Made by a program: the position numbers and the translations under genes
Shown here: in pieces, positions 28,563 to 38,496 of the stretch
Numbering within the stretch: position 1 is the first letter of the stretch
Layout: every line of letters starts with the position of its first letter
Virus record (IMG/VR): IMGVR_UViG_3300014205_000172
Coordinates: 64,001-128,000 of that record
Length of the DNA: 64,000 nucleotides
From: a virus
Taxonomy: Duplodnaviria > Caudoviricetes
Reading direction: 5' to 3' (one strand)
The notes under the pieces: generated by a model
Seen by the model: only the letters and a program-made list of their open reading frames with translations
Told to the model about the DNA's origin: nothing
Database searches by the model: none

Positions 28563-29663
28563 TTATGCTGGTATCTGGTCAGTAACCATCTCGGTTAAGC
28601 GACCTTCCAGAAAGATAGCCGCTGCTGTCGTCAAACCGTTAGAGAAGATCTTGTCCTCACGGTTGATGGTCAGACCACGTTTGATAACCATGATCTCGTG
28701 CAACATCCGATCATAGCCTGCGGCCTTACCCACGGCCAGTACGACAGACGCTGGGTCTACCTTCAATGAGATCAGTGCCCACAGAACCTGGTCAGATGGC
28801 GGCATTGGAGGGAGGCCCACAGCGTTCAAATAGTTCTCGCCATAAACTGCAGGAACGCTGGAAAGGATCTGATTACCCGTCATCGTTTTACCGGACAGCT
28901 TATTGGCTACCTCATCAATCACTTGGTCTGCAGGGATGTTTGCAGAGTTCTGAGCGAAGGGAAGGTTGCTCTTGACGACACAGGCTTCACGAATACCCAG
29001 ATAGACCATCAGCTTATTAAAGAGCGCAACGTTCAAATGGCTCTTCATCATCTGCGGCAACACAAACCCCGAAACGTAGGCTTCTACGTTCTTATCAGGG
29101 AACGTAGACTTGAACATCCTCCACTTAGCTGCCAACAGCGGGATATCAATAGCAATCACCGCAAGGTCAGGTCGAGGAATAGTAACAGAGTTCATCACGC
29201 CCAACTCAATGACCGTCATGTCAGAGATAGGGTGGTTAACAACCCACACCGGTTCTACTGATCGCCAGTCAGTCCACAAGTCCATCATCTTAAACCGTGG
29301 GTTACGGGCGCTGATAATGATCTCCGGGCAGTCGCTATAGAAGACACCTTCTGTAAAGAGTCGGCCTTTACTATAACTGGCAGTCATCTTTAAAGTAGGA
29401 ACAACTCGCAACTCAGCCGCTTCGCAGCGCTGCATGTACTTCGGCATGTCACCATCAAAGGGGATTGCCAAGGCACTAAGGATTTTGAATAACAGATGTG
29501 AGCTGTCTACACGGCCAGGAAGCATGGCGCGTTCAGTTACAAGCTTCTGATAGTTTTCATCTACCCGTTGGTTCAGGTAGGTCATCTTGGCAAACTGAAA
29601 GGCCGAAGCATCAAACGTATTCTTTGGATTAAGGATGTTGTACATGGGTAAGATCCCGGCCAT
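28563..29663 (-). CDS. Virion protein (phiKZ gp52-like)
   Basis: 366 aa, divergent from chmA as in phiKZ-like phages. Confidence 0.55.
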   Translation of the reverse strand: MAGILPMYNILNPKNTFDASAFQFAKMTYLNQRVDENYQKLVTERAMLPGRVDSSHLLFKILSALAIPFDGDMPKYMQRCEAAELRVVPTLKMTASYSKGRLFTEGVFYSDCPEIIISARNPRFKMMDLWTDWRSVEPVWVVNHPISDMTVIELGVMNSVTIPRPDLAVIAIDIPLLAAKWRMFKSTFPDKNVEAYVSGFVLPQMMKSHLNVALFNKLMVYLGIREACVVKSNLPFAQNSANIPADQVIDEVANKLSGKTMTGNQILSSVPAVYGENYLNAVGLPPMPPSDQVLWALISLKVDPASVVLAVGKAAGYDRMLHEIMVIKRGLTINREDKIFSNGLTTAAAIFLEGRLTEMVTDQIPA

Positions 29664-29799
29664 TGTAAAAAGTTACTAGAGGTATCTACTATATGTAGAC
29701 AAACCAACCTGCTTTGTGCTGGTTGGGTCTTGAGCCCCTGCTGTCTAAGTTCATAATAGTCGTAGGGTCTTTGAAATACGATTCAAAGAATTGAAGATG

Positions 29800-29809
29800 A
29801 TACATTACT
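29800..29809 (+). promoter_or_regulatory. Candidate early promoter motif ATACATTACT for chmA
   Basis: Repeated intergenic 10-mer; chmA is an early gene in phiKZ. Confidence 0.55.
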
Positions 29810-30025
29810 GAATTGATCACGTACGCCGCTTTGTATTTATTCACATGGCAACGGTATCAATTGAGCAACCAGTGACGCAAGTCTCTGGGTACCCGGATGA
29901 TGAGCTGGGGAACTAAAGCCCAAATGGATACGGCCGTATTCAAATTGCATTGGGAATTCCCGAAGCGATAGGGAACCGTCAAAGGCATACCGCCACAATC
30001 GCACAATGCAATCCTAGGAGTAAGC

Positions 30026-31981
30026 ATGAGCAACGATGACAACCTGTTTAACGATGCGAACGACCAACCTTCCAACAAGAACACCGGCAATCAAGGCTCG
30101 CAAGAACGTGAAGCGCCGCGTCAACAACAAGAACGTGCAGCACCTTCTGGCTGGACCCTGGCCGATCTGGGCAACGTCCAGAACCGTCCTTCCCTCGGTG
30201 GTCTGACCGACGGCGCTCTGGCGCTGATGATCGAGACCTTCGACGAAGCCAAAGGCCGTGCCAATGGCCGCGTTCCAGATGAAATCAGCAGCAGCCGCTT
30301 CAAAGCAATCCCACTGGTCGGCCAGCGCATCGGTAGCCAAATGTCCGCCCTGTTGGTCGCTCTGCCGACCAACATCGCCGGCAAGCAGTACGCCATCACT
30401 TACGTCGCGCTGATCGAACCGGCTGGCCCGATGGCTACCCGCAGTCTGGCTGACGCCCAAGGTACTTACGAAGCACTGTACCTGCCGGAAGACCGCCTGA
30501 CCGAGAAGTACATCAAAGCCATCCGCGAAGAAGTTCTCGCAGCACTGCCGGGTAGTACCGTCGTCGTCGCCGGTCGCCAAGTGATTACCCAAGCCACCGT
30601 TGCGTCGCTGAACGAGAAAGAAGGCGTGGGCATCATCGAGCGTATCTTCGACAACGCATTCGACGCTATCTGCGGCTACCGCCAGAACATGGCCGACGCA
30701 CTGACCGGTAAACGTTCGGGCGAAAAGCGTATCAACCCTGATGCCGTCGGTCGCCGTGACCGACTGGAAGCCAGCTTCGATTTCTCCGGCGCTCAACCGC
30801 TGGATACTTCGGGCCTGCCAATCCAGTCCGACGTGGCAATGACCATCTGGTACTCGGCCGCTGACGCTGACGAAGAAGGTAACTACAACCGTACCCCGCT
30901 GGCCGAAGTACGCATGGGCCTGAACCTGTTCCTGGATCAGTCCACCAAGCAAAACTCGCTGGGCTTCGGTCGTAGCCGTAACCGTACCATCGACGATCCA
31001 GCACCGTTCCAAGCGGTACTGACCATCAACAACATCACCTCGCCGCAAGGCGTACCGTTCTCCCTGGAACTGGCCCAACTGGCAATCGCCTCCACCGCCA
31101 TCCTGTCGAACGACTACCGCTGGGCTGAAATCCTGCGTCCGCGCGCTGCCATGCCTTCCGGCCTGAAGCCTGCGTACAACATCAAGGACCTGGTGCACTT
31201 CGCCGATGTCACCGATGAACAGCGTCAACACCTGATGCAGGTAGTGACCCCGAACATCCAGGACGGCGATCTGTCCAAGTACCTCGATCTGGTAGTGCAG
31301 CCGCAAATCGCGTTCGCCATCTCGGCCCCAAGCTCCTGCGAAAAGGCCTGGTCCATCGGCATCTTCGAGAAAATCGCTACTGCGAAGAACGAAGTTGAGC
31401 GCCGTGCCCTGATCTCCACTCTGTACGATAGCGCCGATATCCTGACCGGTTCCCGCTTCCGTAAAGTATTGCGTGAACTGGGCGGTGACGACACTACTTC
31501 CCCAGTAGTGCTGACCGGTAACCCGACTCTGGTCGGTACCTGGATCGACGCCGATGGCCGTGAGCGTGCTCTGAGCGAACTGAACGTACCTGCTGTGCTG
31601 TCGCGCCTCGGCGCGAAAGGCATGGATGCGATGGAGGACTTCCAGTTCACCATCCAGGACGATCGCCGCCCAGTAGCGTTCAACCTGGCTGAACGCTACA
31701 CCCAGCTGAACAAAATGTACGGCTCTATCCACGCGGTCACCACAGCCGAGCAAATCGGCTACGCGCCAATCTACCTTCAGGCGCTGAACGTCTCGCTGCA
31801 GCAAGCGAACATGACCTGCGTACCTACCTCCCTGGAAGGCACTCAGGCGCGCCGTCGTCCAGCATCGGGCGGTTACGCAGGTCTGGCTACCAATGACATC
31901 GGCGCAACTCGCCGTACTACCAGTGGTGCCTCCGGCCTCGGCAATCGTTCGTCCAACCCGCTGGGCGATAGCTACTTCTAG
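30026..31981 (+). CDS. chmA: Chimallin, phage nucleus shell protein (phiKZ gp54-like)
   Basis: 651 aa, strongly biased high-expression codon usage, disordered N-terminus, G/S/R-rich C-terminal tail ending in aromatic residues. Canonical position between the gp52-like and gp55-like genes. Confidence 0.82.
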   Translation: MSNDDNLFNDANDQPSNKNTGNQGSQEREAPRQQQERAAPSGWTLADLGNVQNRPSLGGLTDGALALMIETFDEAKGRANGRVPDEISSSRFKAIPLVGQRIGSQMSALLVALPTNIAGKQYAITYVALIEPAGPMATRSLADAQGTYEALYLPEDRLTEKYIKAIREEVLAALPGSTVVVAGRQVITQATVASLNEKEGVGIIERIFDNAFDAICGYRQNMADALTGKRSGEKRINPDAVGRRDRLEASFDFSGAQPLDTSGLPIQSDVAMTIWYSAADADEEGNYNRTPLAEVRMGLNLFLDQSTKQNSLGFGRSRNRTIDDPAPFQAVLTINNITSPQGVPFSLELAQLAIASTAILSNDYRWAEILRPRAAMPSGLKPAYNIKDLVHFADVTDEQRQHLMQVVTPNIQDGDLSKYLDLVVQPQIAFAISAPSSCEKAWSIGIFEKIATAKNEVERRALISTLYDSADILTGSRFRKVLRELGGDDTTSPVVLTGNPTLVGTWIDADGRERALSELNVPAVLSRLGAKGMDAMEDFQFTIQDDRRPVAFNLAERYTQLNKMYGSIHAVTTAEQIGYAPIYLQALNVSLQQANMTCVPTSLEGTQARRRPASGGYAGLATNDIGATRRTTSGASGLGNRSSNPLGDSYF

Positions 31982-32004
31982 TAGCGCTGCAACATAAAGC
32001 AATA

Positions 32005-32050
32005 GAGCGACAGGTGGAGCAATCCACCTGTTTGCTCACTTTTTCTTTTT
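32005..32050 (+). terminator. Intrinsic terminator after chmA
   Basis: GAGCGACAGGTGGA-GCAA-TCCACCTGTTTGCTC followed by a T-tract. Confidence 0.75.
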
Positions 32051-32074
32051 ATGTTGTTAGGGGGATAAGTTACA

Positions 32075-33574
32075 GTGGAAATAATCACCCACGACGTCCA
32101 TGAACCACGGTTTCGTTATCAGGATCGTAAGGGTATCTATCCTTCAATCGTTGATTTCGATGACTTGTACAAGACACTAGAAGTCAGGCCAATCTTGGCA
32201 AATGACATCGACCTGTCTACAGAAGCTGGACGTGACCTATTCAGCCGTCTGGTGTACAGTCGTCACGATGGCGATATGTTCAGTAACGTTCCATCGTGTG
32301 CATGTGGCGCAACAACACGCGGTAGTCGGATCAACACGATCTGTAAGGAGTGCGGTCAGCCAGTCTTACCACTGACTGAAATGCCAATCCAACCGATCAT
32401 CTGGATAAAGGCACCGGAAAAGATCCCTGGGTTTATCAACCTGATGGTCTACCGACACTTAAAGCTTGAGTTTACAAAATCAGGTTTCAGTGCAATCGAT
32501 TTCATTATCGATCCAGGATATCGGTCTCCGAAAGCCGATAGCAATGAAGAAGCTGTCATTGTCAACATCCTGGGCGGACCTCGAAACCGTGGTCTGAAAT
32601 ACTTCCATGACCATTTCGATGACATCATGGATGCGCTGTGCGCTAGTCGATTCTACATCAAGGCTCAGCAGTCTATCGTCGTCAAGAAATATTTGGCGAA
32701 GTTCAGGCATTTGGTGTTTTGTAAGTATCTTCCGTTTCCATCGAAGATTGGTTTCATCATCGAGAACGTCGGCGAGCGTACATTTGCCGATCCTCGGATG
32801 GCGCCCGCTATTAGCGCACTGATCTCTCTGTCAAATGTGTCCTTTGGCAAGAACCTGCCACTGAAAGACATTGAGAAACGTGTAGCTCGATCCTTGTCCA
32901 AGCTGACCCAGTATTACATGGACAACGAAGGCAAGAATCTGTTTGACAAGTCGGGTGTGTTCCGTAAGCTGGTTTATGGCACTGACCCACACTTCAATGC
33001 TCGAACAGTGATCACGCCGCTTCACAGGCCCCACAAGCACGATTCTATTGAAACCCCTTGGGGTGTCAGTATTCTCATGCTGAAGCTACATATCGCCAAC
33101 AAGCTGCTCAAGGATGATTACACGCCGAACGAAATTTCGACGTTGGTCTATGACAACATCACCCGGACGCAGCCAAAGCTTGAGATGATCATCGATGAGT
33201 TAATCGCTGAAACTCCAGGCGGTAAAGGCATTCCGGTAGGTTGGACGCGATTCCCCGTTCTCATGCGGGGTAGTACGCAGCTTAAGTACATCACTGCGGT
33301 CAAACGTAACCCAACCCAGCTGTCGACATCGACCAGTCCACTGACCGTAACATCAAGTAACGCCGACTTCGATGGTGACTACATGACCATCCAGATGGTA
33401 CTTGATAACGTATGTGCCCTAGCCTATGACCGGTTGGCTGACCACACCGGGATCATGGACCTTAAACATCCGTTCAAAATGAGCAACCACGCAGCGATTC
33501 CTGCGCCCACCCTTACAACGATTAACGCTCGTCTTGAGGAGGGTGTTGCAATCTCACGACCCGTGGAGGAATAA
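32075..33574 (+). CDS. Non-virion RNA polymerase beta'-like subunit (phiKZ gp55-like)
   Basis: Catalytic NADFDGD motif, N-terminal Zn finger CACG..CKEC, FNARTVITP. Uninterrupted ORF. Confidence 0.92.
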   Translation: MEIITHDVHEPRFRYQDRKGIYPSIVDFDDLYKTLEVRPILANDIDLSTEAGRDLFSRLVYSRHDGDMFSNVPSCACGATTRGSRINTICKECGQPVLPLTEMPIQPIIWIKAPEKIPGFINLMVYRHLKLEFTKSGFSAIDFIIDPGYRSPKADSNEEAVIVNILGGPRNRGLKYFHDHFDDIMDALCASRFYIKAQQSIVVKKYLAKFRHLVFCKYLPFPSKIGFIIENVGERTFADPRMAPAISALISLSNVSFGKNLPLKDIEKRVARSLSKLTQYYMDNEGKNLFDKSGVFRKLVYGTDPHFNARTVITPLHRPHKHDSIETPWGVSILMLKLHIANKLLKDDYTPNEISTLVYDNITRTQPKLEMIIDELIAETPGGKGIPVGWTRFPVLMRGSTQLKYITAVKRNPTQLSTSTSPLTVTSSNADFDGDYMTIQMVLDNVCALAYDRLADHTGIMDLKHPFKMSNHAAIPAPTLTTINARLEEGVAISRPVEE

Positions 33575-34194
33575 TGGCACGCTTAGTAGATTGTGATGAA
33601 GATGTCATGCACGCCCGGACTCATGGCGTAATGTCTTCGTCTGACTTAAGCTTCTTCAGAGACCGTTCTGAACGGTCAATGCGGGAGTCTGGTCATTTCA
33701 GATTGGCCTACGCCCAAGAGTCATTCGAGGCTATTGAAGCCTTTGACTTAGCCGGATTGCGAGATCGTGTTGAGGCTACAAACAGCCGGAATGAACATCG
33801 TTGGTACAATAACGTTATTCGTCAGCTGGATGACCTCTACGATATCCGCAATGCATCTGCCATCAACCGCCGGTATCTCATGTCGGATTCTCGGATCAGA
33901 CTGTTACACCAGCAAGGTCGTACTGATGGTTACGGTGATCTGTATCAAGATGAAGATCCGTTCGCTACAGCCCTGGAGCACCAAGCCAACCGTGAGATCA
34001 TCACAGGTAGCTTTGTAGAAGACAACGAGGGGAATGACACCTGGCGGCACTGCATGGGCACCGAAGATGAGAACGGTGACCAGATTGCGCGCTACAGTCA
34101 ACGTGAGATCGTACGTCAAAACCGACGTCGGGCTCATGAACTGCTGGACTTGGGTGGGCTCGATCCATTCAGTCCACTGGGTAAGTCTCTGTAA
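33574..34194 (+). CDS. Conserved protein (phiKZ gp59/Imp3-like)
   Basis: Coupled to the gp55-like gene; 'RRYLMS..IR......GY' and C-terminal 'DPFSP' pattern; synteny. Confidence 0.55.
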   Translation: MARLVDCDEDVMHARTHGVMSSSDLSFFRDRSERSMRESGHFRLAYAQESFEAIEAFDLAGLRDRVEATNSRNEHRWYNNVIRQLDDLYDIRNASAINRRYLMSDSRIRLLHQQGRTDGYGDLYQDEDPFATALEHQANREIITGSFVEDNEGNDTWRHCMGTEDENGDQIARYSQREIVRQNRRRAHELLDLGGLDPFSPLGKSL

Positions 34195-34199
34195 CCAAC

Positions 34200-34229
34200 C
34201 ATAACGCCAGCCTTCGGGCTGGCGTTATG
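34200..34229. terminator. Hairpin terminator (CATA..TATG family)
   Basis: CATAACGCCAGCC-TTCG-GGCTGGCGTTATG, perfect 13-bp stem. Confidence 0.75.
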
Positions 34230-34255
34230 CCCTATGATTCCTGGAAGAAAGATTC

Positions 34256-34459
34256 ATGCCCAACTTTGAAGGCGGTGACCGAGTAGTTGCAGCAGTTGAT
34301 ATTTATTTGACGGAACGTGACGGTACTCAAACCGATTACCTCCTGGCTCGTGAAGGCGATCCCATGGTTGTCCGTGATAGCCGCACCATGGAAGTGTCCG
34401 CTTTGTCCAACCCTTTGTTTTCGTTCGAAGTGAAATCCCATCAAATTCGCCCTGAATAA
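34256..34459 (+). CDS. Small hypothetical protein
   Basis: 67 aa ORF in a plus-strand insert. Confidence 0.5.
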   Translation: MPNFEGGDRVVAAVDIYLTERDGTQTDYLLAREGDPMVVRDSRTMEVSALSNPLFSFEVKSHQIRPE

Positions 34460-34471
34460 AAGGAAGTCTCC

Positions 34472-34852
34472 ATGCAACACATGACAAAAATCATGGTACC
34501 GGTTGAGCTTACCTACGACGGTAGCGTGTCGGTTGAAGAAGTTCAGGCAATGGTTGCCAATGTTCTAGAACTGGCCCGGATCGATGGCCGGTTGAGTACT
34601 GAACAAATGGGTGAGATCGGTTGCACTTCTGCAGTTGTTCAATTCCCGAAAGTGAAGCTGTGCACTCTTTATAAAGGCCCAGCTGAGGTATGTCCTGCGC
34701 TTGAAGAGTACTGCGGATCGGGTGATAGTTTGGTAAGCCTCGCCGCCGACAACGAATCTTGCACGCTAGAAGTCTTCGATAATTACGCTGAATTCAGACC
34801 GTTTCCAGCTGCATCAACGCTGATTATAACGCCTAGCAATCTGACGGCATAA
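34472..34852 (+). CDS. Hypothetical protein
   Basis: 126 aa, AAGGA SD. Confidence 0.6.
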   Translation: MQHMTKIMVPVELTYDGSVSVEEVQAMVANVLELARIDGRLSTEQMGEIGCTSAVVQFPKVKLCTLYKGPAEVCPALEEYCGSGDSLVSLAADNESCTLEVFDNYAEFRPFPAASTLIITPSNLTA

Positions 34853-34871
34853 CTTTAAAGGTAGGTACCTC

Positions 34872-35438
34872 ATGGATCAGCAACAAGTTTATTCGCTAGC
34901 AACTCTGGCCGGTCTGAAGAACTGCGGTTATGAAAAGATCCGCAATGATTACTGGCCTTCCCATTCGGACTACGACCATCTACGTGAACAATATCCATGG
35001 TGGATTATCACCACCGAGTTCGGCGCCATTCGCGTAGGATACCGCAAGCGCGTTATCCACATCGACTGGATCAACACCAACCGTCGTGGTATTGTTACTG
35101 AAGACGATGTGACCAAAGAAGACTACATGGCCCATGCCTGGGATCTGGGTAAAGCAGTTACCTACATGAAGGCAATTGCATCCCTCCCAATCGTCGATGT
35201 CACGTTGCCAGAGTTCAAACAATATCACGTCACCAGCTTTGCCGACATCAAAGTGTTTATAAGGGACTTCAATAACGAAGCTCCTGAACACAAGTTGATG
35301 ACCGCGTTGCTTGAAACCATTGATCCGGATGTAACGCCGACCACGCTTACCTACTGCAACAAGAAAGAAGGTGGTGGGATCAGTCGTTATACCCTGCACA
35401 TCGGCACCTTCCGCATTGAGTGGGTGTCTAAACGGTAG
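34872..35438 (+). CDS. Hypothetical phage protein
   Basis: 'PWWIITTEFGAIRVGYRKRVIHIDW..DDVTK..HAW' pattern, recalled from diverse phage hypotheticals. Confidence 0.6.
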   Translation: MDQQQVYSLATLAGLKNCGYEKIRNDYWPSHSDYDHLREQYPWWIITTEFGAIRVGYRKRVIHIDWINTNRRGIVTEDDVTKEDYMAHAWDLGKAVTYMKAIASLPIVDVTLPEFKQYHVTSFADIKVFIRDFNNEAPEHKLMTALLETIDPDVTPTTLTYCNKKEGGGISRYTLHIGTFRIEWVSKR

Positions 35439-35448
35439 GTAGTTAATT

Positions 35449-35559
35449 GTGTCTATTCTTAAAGCCATGCTTCAAAGTGTAATTTCGCGGTCGGTCATCG
35501 TCAGCGGTAAATCTATTAAACGTCAGCAAACTGGCACTGAAGAAAAGAAAAAAGACTAA
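35449..35559 (+). CDS. Possible 36-aa basic microprotein
   Basis: GTG-start ORF MSILKAMLQSVISRSVIVSGKSIKRQQTGTEEKKKD filling the gap before a terminator; AGGT SD-like sequence. Confidence 0.3.
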   Translation: MSILKAMLQSVISRSVIVSGKSIKRQQTGTEEKKKD

Positions 35560-35567
35560 CAACACAC

Positions 35568-35609
35568 GTAGGGGTCTTCAGACCCCTACACCCCACCTTT
35601 CTTTTTTTT
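35568..35609 (+). terminator. Intrinsic terminator
   Basis: GTAGGGGTC-TTCA-GACCCCTAC followed by T8. Confidence 0.65.
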
Positions 35610-35635
35610 GTCTATTAGATGTCTACTACCACCAC

Positions 35636-36073
35636 TTGAGAATGACCATGGTCCAAAAAGTAGCTACTCTAGGAATGGAAGGGTTTCTTGAGGACATCAA
35701 CCTTAAAATTGACTACCTCATGTGCTGCTACTTCTATTCCAAGTTCAAGCAGTCAACGCTATACAGAGACAAGATTGTTTCTCTGTCAAAGACTTTGCAG
35801 ATGCATGGGCATGATGCCATTGAAGCAAAGATGGCCATGCAGGCTGACCTACAGGACTACCTGTCCAAATTCTTCACTACTGCCTTTGCGGAGGTTACTA
35901 ACTTAACCGCAGAGGACGACCCTGGTATTAACTTACAGATCAACGCAATAGTAAGTGAGCAAGGGACCATTGAAGGTAACTCAGTCAGTGTTGGTTACTC
36001 GGTCTTCAGTAAAGACTCCATGCTCAAACAACTTATCAACCGGTCAAATGGCACGACCATTTATAGCGCCTGA
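35636..36073 (+). CDS. Conserved Chimalliviridae protein (possible gp25/W-like sheath-initiator fold)
   Basis: 'VATLG..G....K.DYL..YF.S...QS.LY...I.SL' core-gene pattern. Start may be ATG 35642 or 35648. The fold is a guess. Confidence 0.5.
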   Translation: MRMTMVQKVATLGMEGFLEDINLKIDYLMCCYFYSKFKQSTLYRDKIVSLSKTLQMHGHDAIEAKMAMQADLQDYLSKFFTTAFAEVTNLTAEDDPGINLQINAIVSEQGTIEGNSVSVGYSVFSKDSMLKQLINRSNGTTIYSA

Positions 36074-36093
36074 CCATTATTAAGGATGTACCA

Positions 36094-36687
36094 ATGACCA
36101 CTCCAGTCACCGAGCAAGAAATCCCATTCGCACTGCCAACCACTCGTGATGGCTTCAAGCAACTGTTCGCCGAGTTGTTCAGCGAAACCATGTCCAACCC
36201 GGACAATGCTGCTCTGTTGGCCAAGACCCTTTTCGCCGCCAGCCACAATGCCCTGCTGGGTCAGATTGGTGAACGCATCCGCGAACAGCGTAAGCCAGTG
36301 GTCGTGCGTGAAGCTTACGACGATGCCTGGAAGTGCACCGTACAAGGCGGCCTGAACGGCACCCTGACCGTACTCATCGAAGAACAACTCGATGGTATCT
36401 GGACCAAGCTGAAAGCCGAAGACAGCCTGTATCAGAAAGCCTCCGGCCTGGTCCTGTCGCAAACTGCCGTGCCTGGCGATGTGTTCTATCTCACTGATAG
36501 CTTGCGTATCGAAGCTGCGCGTGAATCGTACGTCGATGCATACATGGCACATCTGAACAAAGAGCAACAAGCTGCTCAAGATGCCCTTCATCTGAAGGCT
36601 ATTGCCGAATTCAGCGAAGCTACTGAGGCCGCTGGCGGTAAATTGCTAGACGCTGCAGGCGCCAGTCAACAGCCTGAAGAAGTGTAA
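36094..36687 (+). CDS. Hypothetical protein
   Basis: 197 aa, TAAGGA SD, high-expression codon bias. Confidence 0.7.
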   Translation: MTTPVTEQEIPFALPTTRDGFKQLFAELFSETMSNPDNAALLAKTLFAASHNALLGQIGERIREQRKPVVVREAYDDAWKCTVQGGLNGTLTVLIEEQLDGIWTKLKAEDSLYQKASGLVLSQTAVPGDVFYLTDSLRIEAARESYVDAYMAHLNKEQQAAQDALHLKAIAEFSEATEAAGGKLLDAAGASQQPEEV

Positions 36688-36702
36688 CTGATAACAAAAC
36701 TC

Positions 36703-36736
36703 ATAGACGGAGTGGGCGAAAGCCCACTCCGTCTAT
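36703..36736 (+). terminator. Hairpin terminator
   Basis: ATAGACGGAGTGGGC-GAAA-GCCCACTCCGTCTAT, perfect 15-bp stem. Confidence 0.75.
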
Positions 36737-36758
36737 TTATTTAGTTGAGGATTATGTA

Positions 36759-37388
36759 ATGACCGATAAGCCAGACGAACTCGACTACAGCCACTTGAGC
36801 GGTGCTTTAAAAGCCGGCCTGACCGACTGGGATGATGCGGCTAACATGATTCTGAGCATGTCTCAGGCAATGATCCGCCGAGTGCCTGAAGAGTACTTCA
36901 CAGCGAAGGTGTTGCCTATTATCAGGGCATGGGTGCAGGGCATACCTGTAGAAGTGGGTCAGTGGATGAACATCGCCGACGGCATGGAGAATGAAATCAT
37001 CGTCGTAGATTCAAAGAACGTTGAGCTGTTCATTTGCCCTCCTCCATTTATACCCATGATCCCTAAGTCAGAGTTCGGTGAAAAGAACCGCGAATCAGCT
37101 TTCGCGGTAGTTCACGCTCAAGGCATGATGTACGATGCTGGCGAGATCCGTCAGGGTAACGCTATTGATGAAGCATTGTTTGAACTTGTGGTTGAAAAGC
37201 CAGACATTGCGATAAAAACAGCAGCGATCGATAAAATGATCTACATCTACCAGCGTTATGACTTACCAATGGTAGAACTGCTAGGAAGCCACACCGATGA
37301 AATCATGAAAGCGCGAGGCGCCCCGGTTAAGGCAGCCACTGAAAGTAAGGCGATTCCTGATGACGAAGAAGACACCCTCATCTACTGA
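36759..37388 (+). CDS. Conserved hypothetical protein upstream of SbcD
   Basis: 209 aa; 'VPEEYF..KVLP..W..IA.....E..VVD...ELF..PP'. Confidence 0.6.
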   Translation: MTDKPDELDYSHLSGALKAGLTDWDDAANMILSMSQAMIRRVPEEYFTAKVLPIIRAWVQGIPVEVGQWMNIADGMENEIIVVDSKNVELFICPPPFIPMIPKSEFGEKNRESAFAVVHAQGMMYDAGEIRQGNAIDEALFELVVEKPDIAIKTAAIDKMIYIYQRYDLPMVELLGSHTDEIMKARGAPVKAATESKAIPDDEEDTLIY

Positions 37389-38481
37389 TGCGGTAAACAT
37401 TGCTTGGATCAGCGATATCCACTTAGGTCACCGCCGAGTGCCGACCAAGAAGATTATTGCATACTTGGAGAGTCTATTTAACGATAAGACTTTCCCCAAT
37501 TACAAAGCTATCGTGATCTCTGGCGATCTGTTTGATAAGCGCCTGGCTCACGATAGTGAAGAAGCTATGCTGGTATCCTTCTGGATGACGGATATGTGCG
37601 TGCTTGCTAAACGGCACAATGTTTCTATTGTTGTGCTGCTAGGTACCCTGAGTCACGACCAGGGTCAGCCAAAATGGTTTGTCTCGATCAATGGTAAGAT
37701 CTCCAAGATTGCAGCAGATGTTCGGTACTACGATAAGATCACGGTAGACAAGCTGTATCCAGGTGGTCCCGATACATTGTTCATCCCGGATGAGATGAAT
37801 CATGTCGCTGACACTACGTACAAGGAAGCCGTAGAGGTCATTAAGCTCGCGGGACTAGATAAGGTAAAGGTTGCAGTGATGCACGGTATGTTCCACTTCC
37901 AGGAGCCTATCCGCACTGTGGTGAGTCATGATGAAGCCAAGTATCACGAAATTGTTGAACACCTGGTCATCATCGGCCATCACCACACTCACGCCAAGTC
38001 TGGTATCATCCGAGTACCGGGGTCGATAGAGCGACTGCGGCATGGTGAAGAGGAAGACAAGGGTCATCTTGAAACACTTTACTCTCCGACTGAAGGTGTT
38101 CTGGAAGAACATTTCATCGTCAATAAGAATGCCGAGATATTCTCGACGGTTGATATGCAGGGTTTGCCTTTAAACGAAGTCATAGCCCACCTGGAGACTC
38201 TTAATCATCTCCCCGATGGCAGTAGACTAAGACTGTTAGTAAGTCGCAATGACGAAGCTTACAGCGGCATGCCGGGGATCAAGAATAAATTCCCACACTT
38301 TAGCATCGAGCCTAAAGTGGCGGAGTTGGTTAAGAGTAATAAAGATACGACGGAGTTGATCTCAAGACCCGTTATGACATCTATCCGACCTGACACTTTA
38401 AAAGGCTTGATCATGCCTAGAATTAAAGATGTGTCAGCTGAAACATTAAAGGCCATCGAGGTCAAGTTAGATAATCTCTAA
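37360..38481 (+). CDS. sbcD: SbcD/Mre11-like metallophosphoesterase nuclease (phiKZ gp65-like)
   Basis: SDIHLG, SGDLFD, GTLSHD, MHG, GHHH and PGS metallophosphoesterase motifs. Confidence 0.88.
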   Translation: MTKKTPSSTDAVNIAWISDIHLGHRRVPTKKIIAYLESLFNDKTFPNYKAIVISGDLFDKRLAHDSEEAMLVSFWMTDMCVLAKRHNVSIVVLLGTLSHDQGQPKWFVSINGKISKIAADVRYYDKITVDKLYPGGPDTLFIPDEMNHVADTTYKEAVEVIKLAGLDKVKVAVMHGMFHFQEPIRTVVSHDEAKYHEIVEHLVIIGHHHTHAKSGIIRVPGSIERLRHGEEEDKGHLETLYSPTEGVLEEHFIVNKNAEIFSTVDMQGLPLNEVIAHLETLNHLPDGSRLRLLVSRNDEAYSGMPGIKNKFPHFSIEPKVAELVKSNKDTTELISRPVMTSIRPDTLKGLIMPRIKDVSAETLKAIEVKLDNL

Positions 38482-38496
38482 CTGTAGGAGTGCATC

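Noticed and set aside
30014-32002. 662-aa antisense ORF exactly opposite chmA
   Set aside because: Shadow ORF produced by the strong codon bias of the highly expressed sense gene; its composition is not protein-like and it has no recognisable motifs.
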